A DNA stretch of 64,000 nucleotides from Octopus sinensis (Eukaryota): NCBI RefSeq assembly GCF_006345805.1, contig NC_043020.1, positions 14,880,001 to 14,944,000 on the forward strand, given 5' to 3'. The stretch's first letter is position 1, and each line of letters starts with the position of its first letter. Shown piece by piece: positions 22,957 to 36,422 of this stretch. The notes beneath the pieces were generated by a model, which had not been told where the DNA came from, ran no database searches, and saw only the letters and a list, made by a program, of their open reading frames with translations. Position numbers and translations under genes: made by a program.

Positions 22957-23819
22957 AGGAAAGGGGATCACTGTAACTGGTTGAGAACACTTCTGGAACT
23001 CAGTCCTGTTGAGGAGGGCAAGGTTTTTGAGAACTTCATGTCAGAGATCCCAGTTTATTGCTTATGTGTATGGATATATATACAAGCATGAATATATATA
23101 TAATAAGTGTAATTTTTATGTTTGATATTCTAAATTAATATTTGATCGCATTGTTTTTTACACCGCATAGTTAAAATTTTTATTTAGCAAGAAACGAATT
23201 TCTTTAGATTTGTACCACAAAGAGATATATTGATTTCAAATTTTGGAGGAGGTGGTTAGTCAATTACATTGGCCCCAGGACTCAGCTGGTACTTATTTTA
23301 TTGACCCCAAAAGGATAAAAGGCAAAGTCGACCTTGGTGGAATTTGAACTCAGAATATGAAGACAGAATGAAATGCTGCTAAGCATTTTCCTGGTGTGCT
23401 AATGATTCTGCTAGCTTGCTGCCTTCGTGAAGAGATATATTAGAAATGGTTACTTCCAAAACCAGCCATCATTAAAAAAAGATTTTTTAAAAAATGAAAA
23501 AAGGAGAAAACAAACAAGATGAGTTGAGAATCATGATGTGTGCTGGTTAATGGACTGAAGAAATGGAACCTAAAAGTGATTCATGGTGGCTGGTGTCAAG
23601 ATGTCAAACAACAGCTATAAAACAGAACCAAAGGTAGTTGGTGGTAGGAAGGACATCCAGCCATAAAAACCCTGCCAAAACAGTGAAACTTGGTGCAGTC
23701 TTCTGCCTCGCCAGCTCTTGTCAAACTGTCCAACCCATACCAAAATGGAAAAAAAGATGTTAAATGATAATGATGATGATGATGATGGGTCTGAAAGTTC
23801 AATGAAATAAAAAAAAAAG

Positions 23820-24320
23820 CTGAAAACTCCTTAGGCCTATGAAAACTGCCATGGTATCAGTTGCTCTCTGACAGGTTTATGGAGAGCTAGCAGAAACGTT
23901 AGCACGCCAGGTGAAATGCTTAGCGGTATTTCGTCTGCCGTTACGTTGTGAGTTCAAATTCCGCCGAGGTCGACTTTGCCTTTCATCCTTTCGGGGGTCG
24001 ATAAATTAAGTACCAGTTACACACTGGGGTTGATGTAATCTACTTAATACCTATGTCTGTCCTTGTTTGTCCCCTCTGTGTTTAGCCCCTTGTGGGTAAT
24101 AAAGAAATAGGTTTATGGTTGAGCCTGTGGCCATGAAGACCTCTGGTGCTCTTGGCCCCTGGACCATATCTCTGCTCACCACTGTTGGGGCAGAGATAGC
24201 TGTCCACAAGTGCAAGCCTCATGAGTCAGAGTGGCTCTTCCAGTGCATCTCCCGTGCCATCCTCTGGGGCAGTGTCTTTTCCATTTTGTCTGCTGGGGCC
24301 ATGAAAAATTGACTTGAGTT
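23820..24320 (+). mobile_element. CRE-clade RLE 3' fragment, split by SINE B (23881-24110, TSD aggtttatgg)
   Basis: YQLLSDRF|MVEPVAMKTSGALGP...ESEWLFQCISRAILWGSVFSILS resembles CRE C-terminus F.P.A.ET.G..G...E..LFQRIS.AI.RGNA..IL. Confidence 0.75.
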
Positions 24321-24469
24321 TATAGAGAATGGAAAAATATGGCTTGTAGTTGTTTTTCTGGTTCTTTATATCTTAAGTTCAAATCCAGCTGATGTTAAAT
24401 TTTGCCAAGACAAAGATGTTGGGCTATGAAAGGTCACCAGTGACTGAGTTTCAAAGAGTTGCTGTGAAA

Positions 24470-24868
24470 CTCTCTTTTACTTGTTTCAGTCATTTGACTG
24501 CGGCCATGCCGGAGCACCGCCTTTAGTCGAGCAAATTGACCCCGTGACTTATTCTTTGTAAGCCCAGTACTTATTCTATCGGTCTCTTTTGCCGAACCGC
24601 TAAGTGACGGGGATGTAAACACACCAGCATCGGTTGTCAAGCAATGCTAGGGGGACAAACACAGACACACAAACATATACACATACACTTATATATATAT
24701 ACATATATACGACAGGCTTCTTTCAGTTTCTGTCTACCAAATCCACTCACAAGGCATTGGTCGGCCCGGGGCTATAGCAGAAGACACTTGCCCAAGATGC
24801 CACGCAGTGGGACTGAACCCGGAACCATGTGGTTGGTTAGCAAGCTACTTACCACACAGCCACTCCTG
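24470..24868 (-). mobile_element. SINE family A
   Basis: Reverse copy; further copies at 31465-31896(-), 32837-33260(+), 42100-42505(+), 42603-43021(-), 55958-56366(-), 59545-60320(-, split). Confidence 0.9.
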
Positions 24869-26178
24869 TGTCAGGTTGCTGCAGTACAATGAAAATACTG
24901 ATGGCTCATAAAAGATGTGGATTTTAAAACAGATGGCTAAAGTAGTTCTTCCATGATGTAATTGCTTGGTCACACATGAAGTCACTTGTCAAATTGGCTG
25001 TTATTAGAGCTTCATGGTGACTTCTGGCTTTCTGCACGTTGACTTCAAATTCTATCCAGGTCAGCTTTATATATATGTATGTGAGCGTATATGTTTGTGT
25101 GTCTGTATTTGTCTCCCCAACATCGCTTGAAAACCGATGCTGGTGTGTTTACGTCCCCGTAACTTAGCAGTTACGGAGACCAATAGAATAAATACTAGGC
25201 TTCCATAGAATAAGTCCTGGGGTCGATTTGCTCGACTAAAGGCGGTGCTCCAGCATGGCCACAGTCAACTCATCCTTTCAGGATTGATAATAAAGTACCA
25301 ATCCAGGGTAGTGAAATGGTGCAATGTTTGAATGCTTAACAAAATCCATTTTGGTTCTGCGTTCAGATTGGCAGAGGACAAGGGGAGGTAACTCTTTTAA
25401 GACTCAACAAACTTGATGACTTTTGGGGAATTACTTAAGCAAATGCCCAAGGATTTCATCTGATTACTCTCATTCCCAGCACAGCAGCTGACTGTTGAAA
25501 AAGGATAGCGACTTTCAAGTACTGTGTACTATGCCAGTATGCAATATATGTATAAATGTCTGTGCATATATGTTTGTATATTCATATGTGTGTACATATT
25601 AAAAAAGAGCCAAGTTAGTATTTCGCAAAGCATATTTCCAGATTGCAGGACAATCTGGAACACCTCATGTTTCCGGTCCTCACACCATAAAACATTGGAT
25701 AATCTCTTCTTTTCTGCTTCTCCCCTTTGCTAAATAGACCTGTTCTGTTGCTTATCATCTAGCTTCCTGGTGGTTGGACTCTGAAGCAAAGAATATTACA
25801 TTACATATGCTATTCTTTACACTTTCTATATTTGTTTACGAAGGACCACACTGGTGTTCGTAATAGATTTCTCTACTTTATTCTTTTAGGAAGTCTGCAG
25901 AAGTATGGGGTATGTGGGTATTTTGAAAATACCTCACAAAATGACGACTGTGCTCTGGATAGTTATTGGTTGCCCTTTGGCAAGGTATAGCACCCATTCA
26001 ACCACCCTGCCAGGGATAAAGCAAAGTCAAGGGACTGCAGCATGATGGGTTGTGAAGAAGTAGCAGAAGAGCTCAACCAAGTTAAAAGTGATCCTTACAT
26101 AACCTGTGGCCTATGCTAGGGGTGTAACCAGCCCACTTATGCATACCTTTCCTTCATTGGACACTAAACTCTGCTTGC

Positions 26179-26371
26179 TAATGATTTTCTGGTTACAGCC
26201 ATCATCATGATCATCATAGTCCTGATTTCCATGCTAACATGTGTTACACAAATTATTGATGCAGTCCAAGTCGTTCTTGTTTGGAGTTACTGTTCCCCAA
26301 ACGGGTCAAAGGATCACGTTTTATGCTTTGTTCCATTTTTGGCTTACTTACTGTAGTTGATGCCAAACCTG
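26179..26371 (+). repeat. 193-bp exact duplicate of 28035-28227
   Basis: No mismatch found by eye; interrupts an RTE-tail repeat. Confidence 0.95.
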
Positions 26372-27417
26372 TTGAGACAAGTGAAATTGAAATCAAATCC
26401 AATTCGCAAATTCAGTGACTGGCACATGTGCCAGTGGAGTGCTAAGAGCACCATCCAAGCGTGATTGCTGCCAGAGCAGCTGACTGGCTTCCATACCGGT
26501 GGCATGTAAAAAGCACCATTCAAAGGTGATAGTTACCAGCGTCGCCTTACTGGCACTTGTGCTGGTGGCATGTAAAAAACATTTGAGCAAGGTCGTTGCC
26601 AGTGCTGCTGGGCTAGCTCCTGTGCAGGTGGCACATAAAAAACACCACTTGAGCGTGGATGTTGCCAGTACTGCCTGACTGGCCCTCCTGCTGGTAGCAC
26701 ATAACAGCACCCACTACACTCTTGGAGTGGTTGGCATTTGGAAAGGCATACAGCTGTAGAAACTCTGCAAGATCAGATTGGAGCCTTGTGCAGCTAACTG
26801 GTTCGCCAGTCCTCAGTCAAATCGTCCAACCCATGCTAGCATGGAAAGCAGGCGTTAAACGATGATGATGCTGAGCAGAGAAATCCTTGAAGATGAACTG
26901 TCAGGATCATGAAACTCTATCAAGAGGGTAACTGCAACACATCCATATGTGTGATGTTCATGGTTGTGTAATCAGCTAATGAAAGATTCACTGTGACTCA
27001 GATCCGCAATTCAAATTCATAATAATGGAATTGGATGGCAACAGAGAGTCATGGGAATCCATGAAAGTAGTGGATGGAAAAACTAAGATTTCTAATTTTC
27101 TGACCTACAATGCTTGTAACTACAAGAGTTACACAAGGTAACCTGAAAGCCATTGGTTACTGTGATATTTCAAGTGAAAGTATTTTAGAAGGTTAAGTGT
27201 TCTCCTACAATGACTTTACTATATTAGACCTTCCCACTGTAATATTATTCCTCTGGTGATAATATTTCATCATTCCAAAGTGGTGAGTTGGCAGGATTGT
27301 TTGTTATTGCACTAAGTAAAAGGCTTAGCTGCATTTTGTCTGTCTTTATGTTCACATTCCACTGAGGTCGACTTTGCCTTTCAATCCTTTTAGGGTTGAT
27401 AAGTTAAGTTATGTTAA

Positions 27418-27830
27418 ATTTTTTGGCTCAAAAAGCAAAAAGCAAGGCCATGTAGGGGGACATGGAGTTATGTACAGGGAGGGTGTTCATGCAAAGAGTT
27501 CAGGCCATTTCTGGTCAAGGGAGACTTTGAACCGAGCGGTCGTCTGCATCTTCACTATCTCGTCCGGCAGCTTATTCCACGGATCTGCAACCCGGACGGA
27601 GAAAGCCTCTCTCCTTTGATTGAGATGAAATCATCGCAGATAGAGCTTTTCGGAGTGACCCCACAGCTGACGCTCTGAAGCAGGAGTGAAGAACAGCTCT
27701 TTTGAGAGGTTACACTTTCTGCTTATGATGTTGTGAGCAAGAATGAGATCACCACGGCGGCGTAATTTTTCGAGAGAATAAAGGTCGAGCGTCTTCAGCC
27801 TTTCTTCATAAGACAAATGCTTGAGACCAA
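27418..27830 (-). mobile_element. CR1-clade LINE 3' fragment
   Basis: SYEERLKTLDLYSLEKLRRRGDLI...GHSEKL...FSVRVADPWNKLP. Confidence 0.9.
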
Positions 27831-28644
27831 GATAAAATAAGCACCAGTTGAGCTTACCCCTTCCCCAAAATTACTGGCCTTGTGCCAAAATTTGAAAACT
27901 ATTTTTCATCATTCCTTACAGAAATTTGGACCATGACCTAATGATGAAGCTTTTACATTGATGCTTGACCTGCTAGAAGTTGCTGCTAAATCTCCCTCAG
28001 ATCACACCATATCTTTAAAAAATGTAACAAGGGATAATGATTTTCTGGTTACAGCCATCATCATGATCATCATAGTCCTGATTTCCATGCTAACATGTGT
28101 TACACAAATTATTGATGCAGTCCAAGTCGTTCTTGTTTGGAGTTACTGTTCCCCAAACGGGTCAAAGGATCACGTTTTATGCTTTGTTCCATTTTTGGCT
28201 TACTTACTGTAGTTGATGCCAAACCTGACATCAACCAATTTACAGAGTGTACTGGGTGCAAAATATACATATATATATATATATATATGTGTGTATATAT
28301 ATATGTGTGTGTGTGTGTATATATATGTGTGTGTGTATATATATATGTGTATATATATATATATGTGTATATATCATCATCATCATCATGCTAGCATGGG
28401 TTGGACGGTTCAACTGGGGTCTGGGAAGCCAGAAGGCTGCACCAGGCCCAGTCTGATCTGGCAATGTTTCTACGGCTGGATGCCCTTCCTAATGCCAACC
28501 ACTCCGTGAGTGTAGTGGGTGCATTTTACGTGCCACCGGCACGGGGGCCAGGCGAGGCTGGCAACGGCCACGTTCGGATGGTGCTTTTTACGTGCCATAT
28601 GTGTATATATATATATGTGTGTGTATATATATATGTGTGTATAT

Positions 28645-28680
<36 letters not shown>

Positions 28681-29729
28681 CATACACATATCAAAAAGAT
28701 GTGTTATAATACTATTCCATGTATACAAAAACAGTCATACCTCCAATCCAACATACCTACATCATCAGCTGTCCCGTGGATATCATTATGGTTTCAACAT
28801 CTGGTCAGTACCATTCAATCTGGCAGTGTCAACACCACTAAAATTAGTGTTGCTTGGGAACAAACATATCAAAGAAGCCACAACTTTCAAACACATTTAC
28901 CCTATGTACAACAGTATCGGTAAATAAATTCAACAAGTAAATCAATAACTAACTCCTAAATATGTAACTAAACAGCGACCAAACCTTTAAGTCATACATT
29001 TTATTCCCTACAGTCTTCCATAGTATAATAAAAGTGAAAGCGTAATAACCACATTCATTCAATCTAAATAAAGGCAGGATTAAACACTAACTTTAAAATT
29101 AAACTACAACAAAGAAACACATAAATCTATGTATATCTGTATTGGTATTAATAGTAAACCTACAATAACTAAATTATATACTAAATAACGACCAATTTTT
29201 AAGTCATACAAATAATAATCCCACCAGTCTTCCATAGTTACTACTCTGATATCTATATGTTTATATATATCCAAATTGAGGGAGGGAACAGGTAAAATGT
29301 GCACTACATATGTTTCTTAACTAGCTGAAGCTCATTATACAATAGTTACACAGTGAACTTAATGTAACTAATCACCAGGGTGAGATTGCCTTAATAAAGA
29401 TTACATTGCTGCAGGGAATTTCTAAGTCAGCCACAACATTTTAGCTGTTCCATTTGCTCAATTTGAATTTTTATTTGTATTTTTAGCAGCATTAGTTGCT
29501 AACATTGAGCTACGTAGAAACTATTAGCTTATCAGATTTCTTTACAACTTCAGTATGGGAAAAAGTGTGTAACTCTTGATGCCAATAAATTGTTATTATA
29601 ATCTTATCGTACACTCTCCATTTTTTGTTCTCTATACTGGCCACTTATTGCTGGAAGCTTACAAACTTCCTGCATTTGGATCCCCAGACTCTGTGTGTGT
29701 GTATAAGTACGCACACACAAACACACATA

Positions 29730-30890
29730 CATCATCATCGTTTACTGTCTGCTTTCCATGGGTTGGACAGTTTGACTGCTGAGGACTGGCAAGCCGGTAG
29801 GCTACACCAGGCTTGAATCTGATCCGGCAAGGTTTCTACAGCTGGATGCCCTTCCTAGTGCCAACACTCTGAGAGTGTGGTGGATGCTTTTTACATGTCA
29901 CTGTCATGGGGGCCAGTTAGGTGGTATTGGCATCGACCACGCTTGAATGGTGCTTTTTATGCGTCACTGGCACAGGAGCCAGTCAGGCAGTACTAGCATC
30001 AACCACACTCAAATGGTGCTTCTTACATACTACCGGTATGGAACTAGTCAGGCGGCACTGACATCGACCACGTTCGTATGGTGCTCTTTATGTGCCACTG
30101 GCATGGAAACCAGTCTGGTGGGACTGGCATGGACCACACTTGATTGGTGCTTTTTTTCGTGCCACTAGCATGGGTGCCAGTCAGGCATTGGTTATGACAA
30201 TGATTTCACTTGACTCAACAGGTCTTCTCAAGCCCAGTACATTGCCTAATGATTGAAGGGTACCCTTAAATGGACTGGTTATGCAACACTGGCATAGGTC
30301 ACGGTTATGGTCTCACTTGGCTTGCTAGGTCTTCTCAAGCACAGCATATCTCCAAAGGTCTCAGTCACTTGTCATTGCCTCTGTGTGGCCCAATGTTCAA
30401 TGTTCATACTTCACCACCTCATCCCACATCTTCCTGGGTCTACCTCTTCCACAGGTTCCCGCCACTGTTAGGGAGTGACACTTTTTCACACAGCTGTCCT
30501 CATCCATATGCAACACATGACCAGACCAGTGCAGTCGTCTCTTTTGCACACCACACCTGATGCTTCTTATGTCCAGCTTTTCTCTCAGGGCACTTACACT
30601 CTGTCGTGTATGCACACTGACATTACACATCCAGCGGAGCATACTAGCTTCGTTCCTTTCAAGCCTACACATGTCCCCAGCAGTCACACCCCATGTTTCA
30701 CTGCCGTGTAGCATGGCTATTCGTACACATACATCATACAGTCTACCTTTCACTCTGAGCTGTAGGCCCTTTGTTACCAGCAGAGGTAGGAGCTCTCTGA
30801 ACTTTGCCCAGGCTATTCTTATTCTAGTAGCTACTCTCTCAGAGCATCCCCCCCCCACTACTGACTTGGTCACCTAGGTAACGGAAGCTA
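29730..30890 (-). mobile_element. RTE (BovB-like) LINE 3' part with repeat-containing 3' UTR and (ATG)n tail
   Basis: SFRYLGD..., RIRIAWAKFREL, AMLHGSETW, RLHWSGHV, RGRPRKMW. Confidence 0.92.
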
Positions 30891-30902
30891 TATATATCGT
30901 GT

Positions 30903-31115
30903 GTGCTGGCAGAAACGTTAGCACGCCGGGCGAAATGCGTTGCCATATTTCGTCTGCCGTTACGTTCCGAGTTCAAATTCCGCCGAGGTCGACTTTGCCT
31001 TTTATCCTTTCGGGGTCGATAAATTAAGTACCAGTTACGCACTGGGGTCGATGTAATCGACTTAATCCCTTTGTCTGTCCCCTCTGTGTTTAGCCCTTTG
31101 TGGGTAGTAATGAAA
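30903..31115 (+). mobile_element. SINE family B
   Basis: TSD tatatatatcgtgtgtg; other monomers at 40212-40415(-), 47624-47856(-), 49122-49331(+), 50058-50266(+), 51506-51733(+), 54209-54431(+). Confidence 0.88.
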
Positions 31116-31672
31116 TATATATATATCGTGTGTGTATGTATATATATAGTGTTTATATGTGTGTGTGTTGATAGTGATGACAGGATGACAGTATTGTAGA
31201 GAAGGGGGAGAAACATTTTTTTTCACTTTCCAAGGGACATAAGCTGAATAATTAACGTTGACGTCTTCCAGATTTGAAGTAGCTAATCGAAAGCCCACTG
31301 CATTATATGTTAGCTGTGACGTTGTTAACGACAGCGATGAGGATAATGCTGTTACTGCTTCTCAATGATGATGGTGAGGAGGAGGAGGGATGGTGAGAAG
31401 TCTGAAATCAACGGGACATCATAGTCGTAGTTTCGTTGTGTACGAGTTATTTCCCTTGTATTACTCTCTCTCTCTTTTACTCATTTACTTTCAGTCATTT
31501 GACTGCGGCATGCTGGAGCACCGCCTTTAGTCGAGCAAATCGACCCCGGGACTTATTCTTTGTAAGCCCAGTACTTATTCTATCGGTCTCTTTTGCCGAA
31601 CCGCTAAGTGACGGGGATGTAAACACACCAGCATCGGTTGTCAAGCAATGCTAGGGGGACAAACACAGACAC

Positions 31673-31721
<49 letters not shown>

Positions 31722-32418
31722 CATACATATATACGACAGGCTTCTTTCAGTTTCCGTCTACCAAATCCACTCACAAGGCATTGGTCGGCTCTGGGCTATA
31801 GCAGAAGATACTTGCCCAATATGCCAAGCAGTGGGACTGAACTCGGAACCCTGTGGTTGGTTAGCAAGCTACTTACCACACAGCCACTCCTGCGCCTATT
31901 TTATGTATAAAAAAATAATAATTTCTTCCCAATCATATAATTGAATTTTTACCTTTTCTATTTTTAGTCAAGAAGGCATGTAGTGCCCATAGCCTTTGTA
32001 AAGTCTCTGAGACTAATAGGAGTGACAGAGGAAGGTATTCTGAAATTGGATATCTGGCCCTGAATGTTTGTAAGAGAATAGATCTTTCATTCTTTTGGGG
32101 TTGATAAAATAAGTACCATTTGAGCACTGGGGTTGGTGTAATTGGCTTATCCTGTTCACAAATTTGCTGGCCTTGTGCTAAAATTTGAATCTATTATTTC
32201 ATTATTCCCTGTAGAAATTTGGGCCATGACCTAATGGTGAAACTTTTACATTGGTGTTTGACCTGCTAGAAATAGCTGCTAAATCTCCCTCTCTGCAGGC
32301 ACCCAAGGATTCCAAAGAATGAATTGTCTGTCTCCCTAGAATTAATGATAGGATTTAACTCAGGATGCAGACAGCAGCCAATATAATTCAATTCCTGTAA
32401 GGCATCCTGTCTGATGTG

Positions 32419-32718
32419 GATGCACATGGCCTAGTGGTTAGAGCAGCGGACTCGCGGTCGAGGGATCGCGGGTTCGAATCTCAGAGGGTGCAATATGTGT
32501 GTTTATGAGCGAAACACCTAAGCTCCACGCGGCTCCGGCAGAAGGTAATGGCCAATTTCTGCTGACTCTTTGGCCACAACTTTCTCTCACTCTTTCCTCC
32601 TGCATCTTGCAGCTCACCTGCGACGGACCGGTGTCCCATCCAAGTGGGGAACCTATACGCCAAGAAAACTGGGAAACTGGCCCTTATGAGCCAGGCATGG
32701 CTTGAGAAGGAACAAACA
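32419..32718 (+). mobile_element. tRNA-derived SINE family D (shares its head with family C)
   Basis: A box tggcctagtgg, B box ggttcgaatc; TSD atc(c/t)tgtctgatg; cctgcgacggaccggtgtcccatcca resembles V/Meta SINE domains. Confidence 0.8.
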
Positions 32719-33882
32719 ATCTTGTCTGATGCTCTAATGCTTCAGCCAAACTTTTAGACTGATAGTTTTTTTTAACTCTGGAAAGAATAAAGAGCAACGT
32801 TGATCTTTGGCAGGATTTTAACACAGAATGCAACAAGGCGCAGGAGTGGCTGTGTGGTAAGTAGCTTGTTTACCAACACGTGGTTCTGGGTTCAGTCTCA
32901 CTGTGTGGCACCTTGGGCAAGTGTCTTCTACTATAGCCTCGGGCCAACCAAATCCTTGTGAGTGGATTTGGTAGACGGAAACTGAAAAGAAGCCCATCAT
33001 ATATATGTATGTATGTATATATATATATATATATGTATGTGCGTGTATGTTTATGTGTCTGTGTTTGTCCCCCTAGCATTGCTTGACAACCGATGTTGGT
33101 GTGTTTATGTCTCCGTTACTTAGCGGTTCGGCAAAAGAGACCGATAGAATAAGTACTGGGCTTACAAAAGGATAAATACCGGGGTTGAGTTGCTCGACTA
33201 AAGGCGGTGCTCCAGCATGGCCGCAGTCAAATGACTGAAACAAGTAAAAGAGTAAGAGTAAGGCAGAATAAATACCTCAAAGCATTTTGCTTGATGATGT
33301 CCTAATATATTTGTTTCCTTTGTCATTTTGCTGATTGTGAAGACAATTTTATATGTGTATGTTAGTATTAGTGATGTTTTAGCTTGTGTTAGTCCTCAGG
33401 AGATGCTAGTTAAAGGTTTGGTGAGTGTGGTAGTTTTGTAAATTAATTGTGTTTAATAGTTATCATCATCATCATTGTCCTCATCATCATCATCAACATT
33501 TAACGTCTGTTTTCAGGGTGGCATGGGTTGAATGGCTTAATTGGAATTGGCAAGGCCAGGAGCCAAGTTGACCTTGGTGGAATTTGAACTCAGAATGTGA
33601 AGATGAACAAAATGCTGCTTAGAATTTTGCCTGGCATGCTAACAATTCTGCCAGCTTGATGCCTTTAAGAGTGATAAAATATGGGTTTCGGATTTTGGCA
33701 CAGGGCCAGCAATTTTTAGGGAAGGAGTCGCTTACATCGACTCCAGTGTTCAACTGTTACATTATTTTATTGACCCCCAAGAGGATGAAAGGCCAAGTTG
33801 GCCTTGTCAGAATTTGAACTCAGGATGTGAAGACAGATGAAACATCACTAAGCATTTTATTCTGTCAACTCACTGCCTTTAA

Positions 33883-34102
33883 CCCTTTTGTTACTAACCC
33901 GGCCAAAACCGGCTCTGGCTCTGTGGTAAAATGTCTTGTTTTCATAGATTTTGAATTAAAATATTCCACCAAACCTTAGTCGCAATTTATGTTCCTAACA
34001 CAAGCTTAATGATAACCAAGTTATTTTACTAAATTCTTTGTTATATTTAAAATAATTGAAAGAAACACAGAGCATCTCAAAATTAATACAGTAACAAAAG
34101 GG
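33883..34102. mobile_element. piggyBac-type MITE
   Basis: TTAA|cccttttgttact ... agtaacaaaaggg|TTAA. Confidence 0.9.
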
Positions 34103-34170
34103 TTAAAGTGATAAAATATTGATTCAACTGGTTTTCTATTTCATTATTTCCCTTTGATCTCTCTTTCTAG

Positions 34171-34264
34171 TTACTGACTCACCAGTTCTGAGAAATGACC
34201 TCTTCATGCTTTGGTAATTCTGTTTTATCTCACACTGAAGACATCTTGGCAACAAACATAGAAG
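34171..34264 (+). CDS. Candidate exon with start codon at 34195 (MTSSCFGNSVLSHTEDILATNIE-)
   Basis: Strong pyrimidine tract ending ctctttctag, AG|GTATGG donor, in-frame upstream stop. Confidence 0.4.
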
Positions 34265-34306
34265 GTATGGAAAGTTTCTCACCACATCACATCTATTGTT
34301 CATTCA

Positions 34307-34686
34307 TCTCTCTCTATATAAACGGCAGTTTGTCTGTGCGTGTTTCTGTGTGTCTGTTTGCTTGTACCCTCACCCTGACCACGGCTTTCAACCGATTCTG
34401 AAGAAACTTGACACACACATAGCCCAATGTCATAATTCAAAACTAACGCAGCGAAAATTTTGAAAAGTTCCCCCAGTTCTAAAAAAATCGATAAATTCGA
34501 CATGGGGTCGAGAATCAGAAACACAAACCACAGACTGTCTAGGGGACGCAACTCGACCTTTTTAACTCTCAAAAAAATTTACCATCATTTTTTTTCCATT
34601 TTTTTGCTATTTTTTGGCTATAACTCTAAAAATGCTTTATAGTTATTTCCCTTACAAACCTGAGCAACGCCGGGCAATACTGCTAG
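34307..34686 (+). mobile_element. Non-autonomous Helitron
   Basis: A|TC 5' end, subterminal hairpin cctgagcaacgccggg, 3' CTAG|T, no TSD. Confidence 0.78.
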
Positions 34687-36199
34687 TTATTCATAAATAT
34701 GGTTTCCCTGCTTGGGACTGCATGAGACTTCTGTCTAATGTCATCCTTTATGATCCTGTGATTTCAACATTAAATCATTAATTTGACAACCTTGACTGTG
34801 GCTTCCCCCAGCAGCTGTAGCATCATCACTCTCCCATTACTATTAAAAACTGCTTAGGGTAAGGTGGGACTGTATGTGGTTGTTTAATTTCCTAGAAATA
34901 ACAGTAAAATTCCCTCGAGTCACACACTCAAATCTTGAAGAAAATGGTTAGCACACATTGGATAATGTAGTCCTAGATAACATTGTCTGAATAAAAGACA
35001 GGATGATCATGGCTGGAATGTCTTTGATAATAGCTCTGATCAATCAGGGACTAAGTATCCTAGTGAGCTTATGTTCTGAGTTGACGTTAAAGGATTTTAT
35101 CTGCAGCTGTGAAAAAAGAAATATCTAATGATTCCCTTTTTGCTTGAAACATGTAGAACGGAAACATTTTATATTTGTGGAATAGAACAACAGAATGCAA
35201 ATATATTGATACAAAACTAAATTCTTACACAAGCAACAAGAAAAAGCATCTCCTTGATTACTGAAGTAAAACTAGATTCAGCCTCCATCTAATTCGAACC
35301 TTATATTGAGACGATCATGCCATTACAATTCATTTTATCCAGTAGGTAAGACCTTCAAGTTGTAGGAGTGTTAACAGACCTCAAAAGTACAATAACAAAA
35401 ATTTAAACTAGAGTACATCAATGGAAATTGTAGTTGTGATACCAGTGCCGGTGGCATGTAAGAGAACCATCTGATCGTGGCCGTTGCCAGCGCTGCCCCA
35501 ACTGTCCTCCGTGCCAGTGGCATGTAAAAAGCACCATCCGATTGTGGCCATTGCCAGCCTCACCTGGCCTCCATGCTTGTGGCAAGTAAAAAGCACCATC
35601 CAATCGTGGCCGTTTGCCAGCCTCGTCTGGCACGTAAAAAGCACCCACTACACTCATGGAGTGGTTGGCATGAGGAAGGGCATCCTGCCATAGAAACATT
35701 GACAGATCAGACTAGGCCTGGTGCAGCCTTCTGGCTTCTCAGACCCCAGTTGAACCGTCCAACCCATGCTAGCATGGAAAGCAGACACTAAACGATGATG
35801 ATGATGAATACAGACTAGTTTTCAATCTCTCTCACACACATACACACTTATGGATGCATATTCGTCCATTCATCCATATGCATGCATACATATGTATGTA
35901 CATACATACATGCATATAGACATAGTCTATATCTGTCCCAATAACTGTAGATTAGGTAGGGCAATTTCTGTTCAGTTCAAGCAGAAACAGAAATCCACAG
36001 CTGTCATGTTATCTTCAGACTGTTTTTCTTTGACCCTTTTAGCTCTGGCCAAGGAGATATTACCCACAACTGGACTAAAGTTCTACAGCCAATTCTCTTT
36101 ATATGATGTATTCGGCAAACAGAAAGAAATATAACGAAAACAACTTGTTAAAAAATATAAAAACCAGGTTTCTTACTTAAAATTGGTGTGTTTTCAGTG

Positions 36200-36422
36200 T
36201 GATTCCAGTATTGCACTTTAGTGTATCACTCTTCATCTTTTCTCTCTGCAGTAAATTCACTTTCACTTCCGATTTCATCTTCAGCTTCAAAATTTCTCAC
36301 CTTCATCAAATATTTTTAAATCATCTGCAGGATACATTTCATTGAAATTTCAGTCATCCTCATCAGAATGTTCTAATTCCTGCAATACATCTGTAGTTGT
36401 GAATATCCTACATCCTTGCCAT
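36200..36422 (-). mobile_element. Decayed acidic N-terminus of a possible piggyBac-like transposase
   Basis: Frameshifted MAR.RIFTTTDVLQELEHSDEDD...EAEDEIGSESE. Confidence 0.35.

Noticed and set aside
25890-25909. 20-nt micro-exon candidate (ttcttttag|...ATGGG|gtatgt)
   Set aside because: Splice signals alone are too weak to support it without transcript data
29525-29536. TAGCTTATCAGA matches the 5' end of vertebrate miR-21
   Set aside because: Only 12 nt, no hairpin precursor; treated as chance
32419-32490. tRNA-like sequence with A and B boxes (also 16673)
   Set aside because: No acceptor stem closure or terminator; continues into a SINE body with TSD
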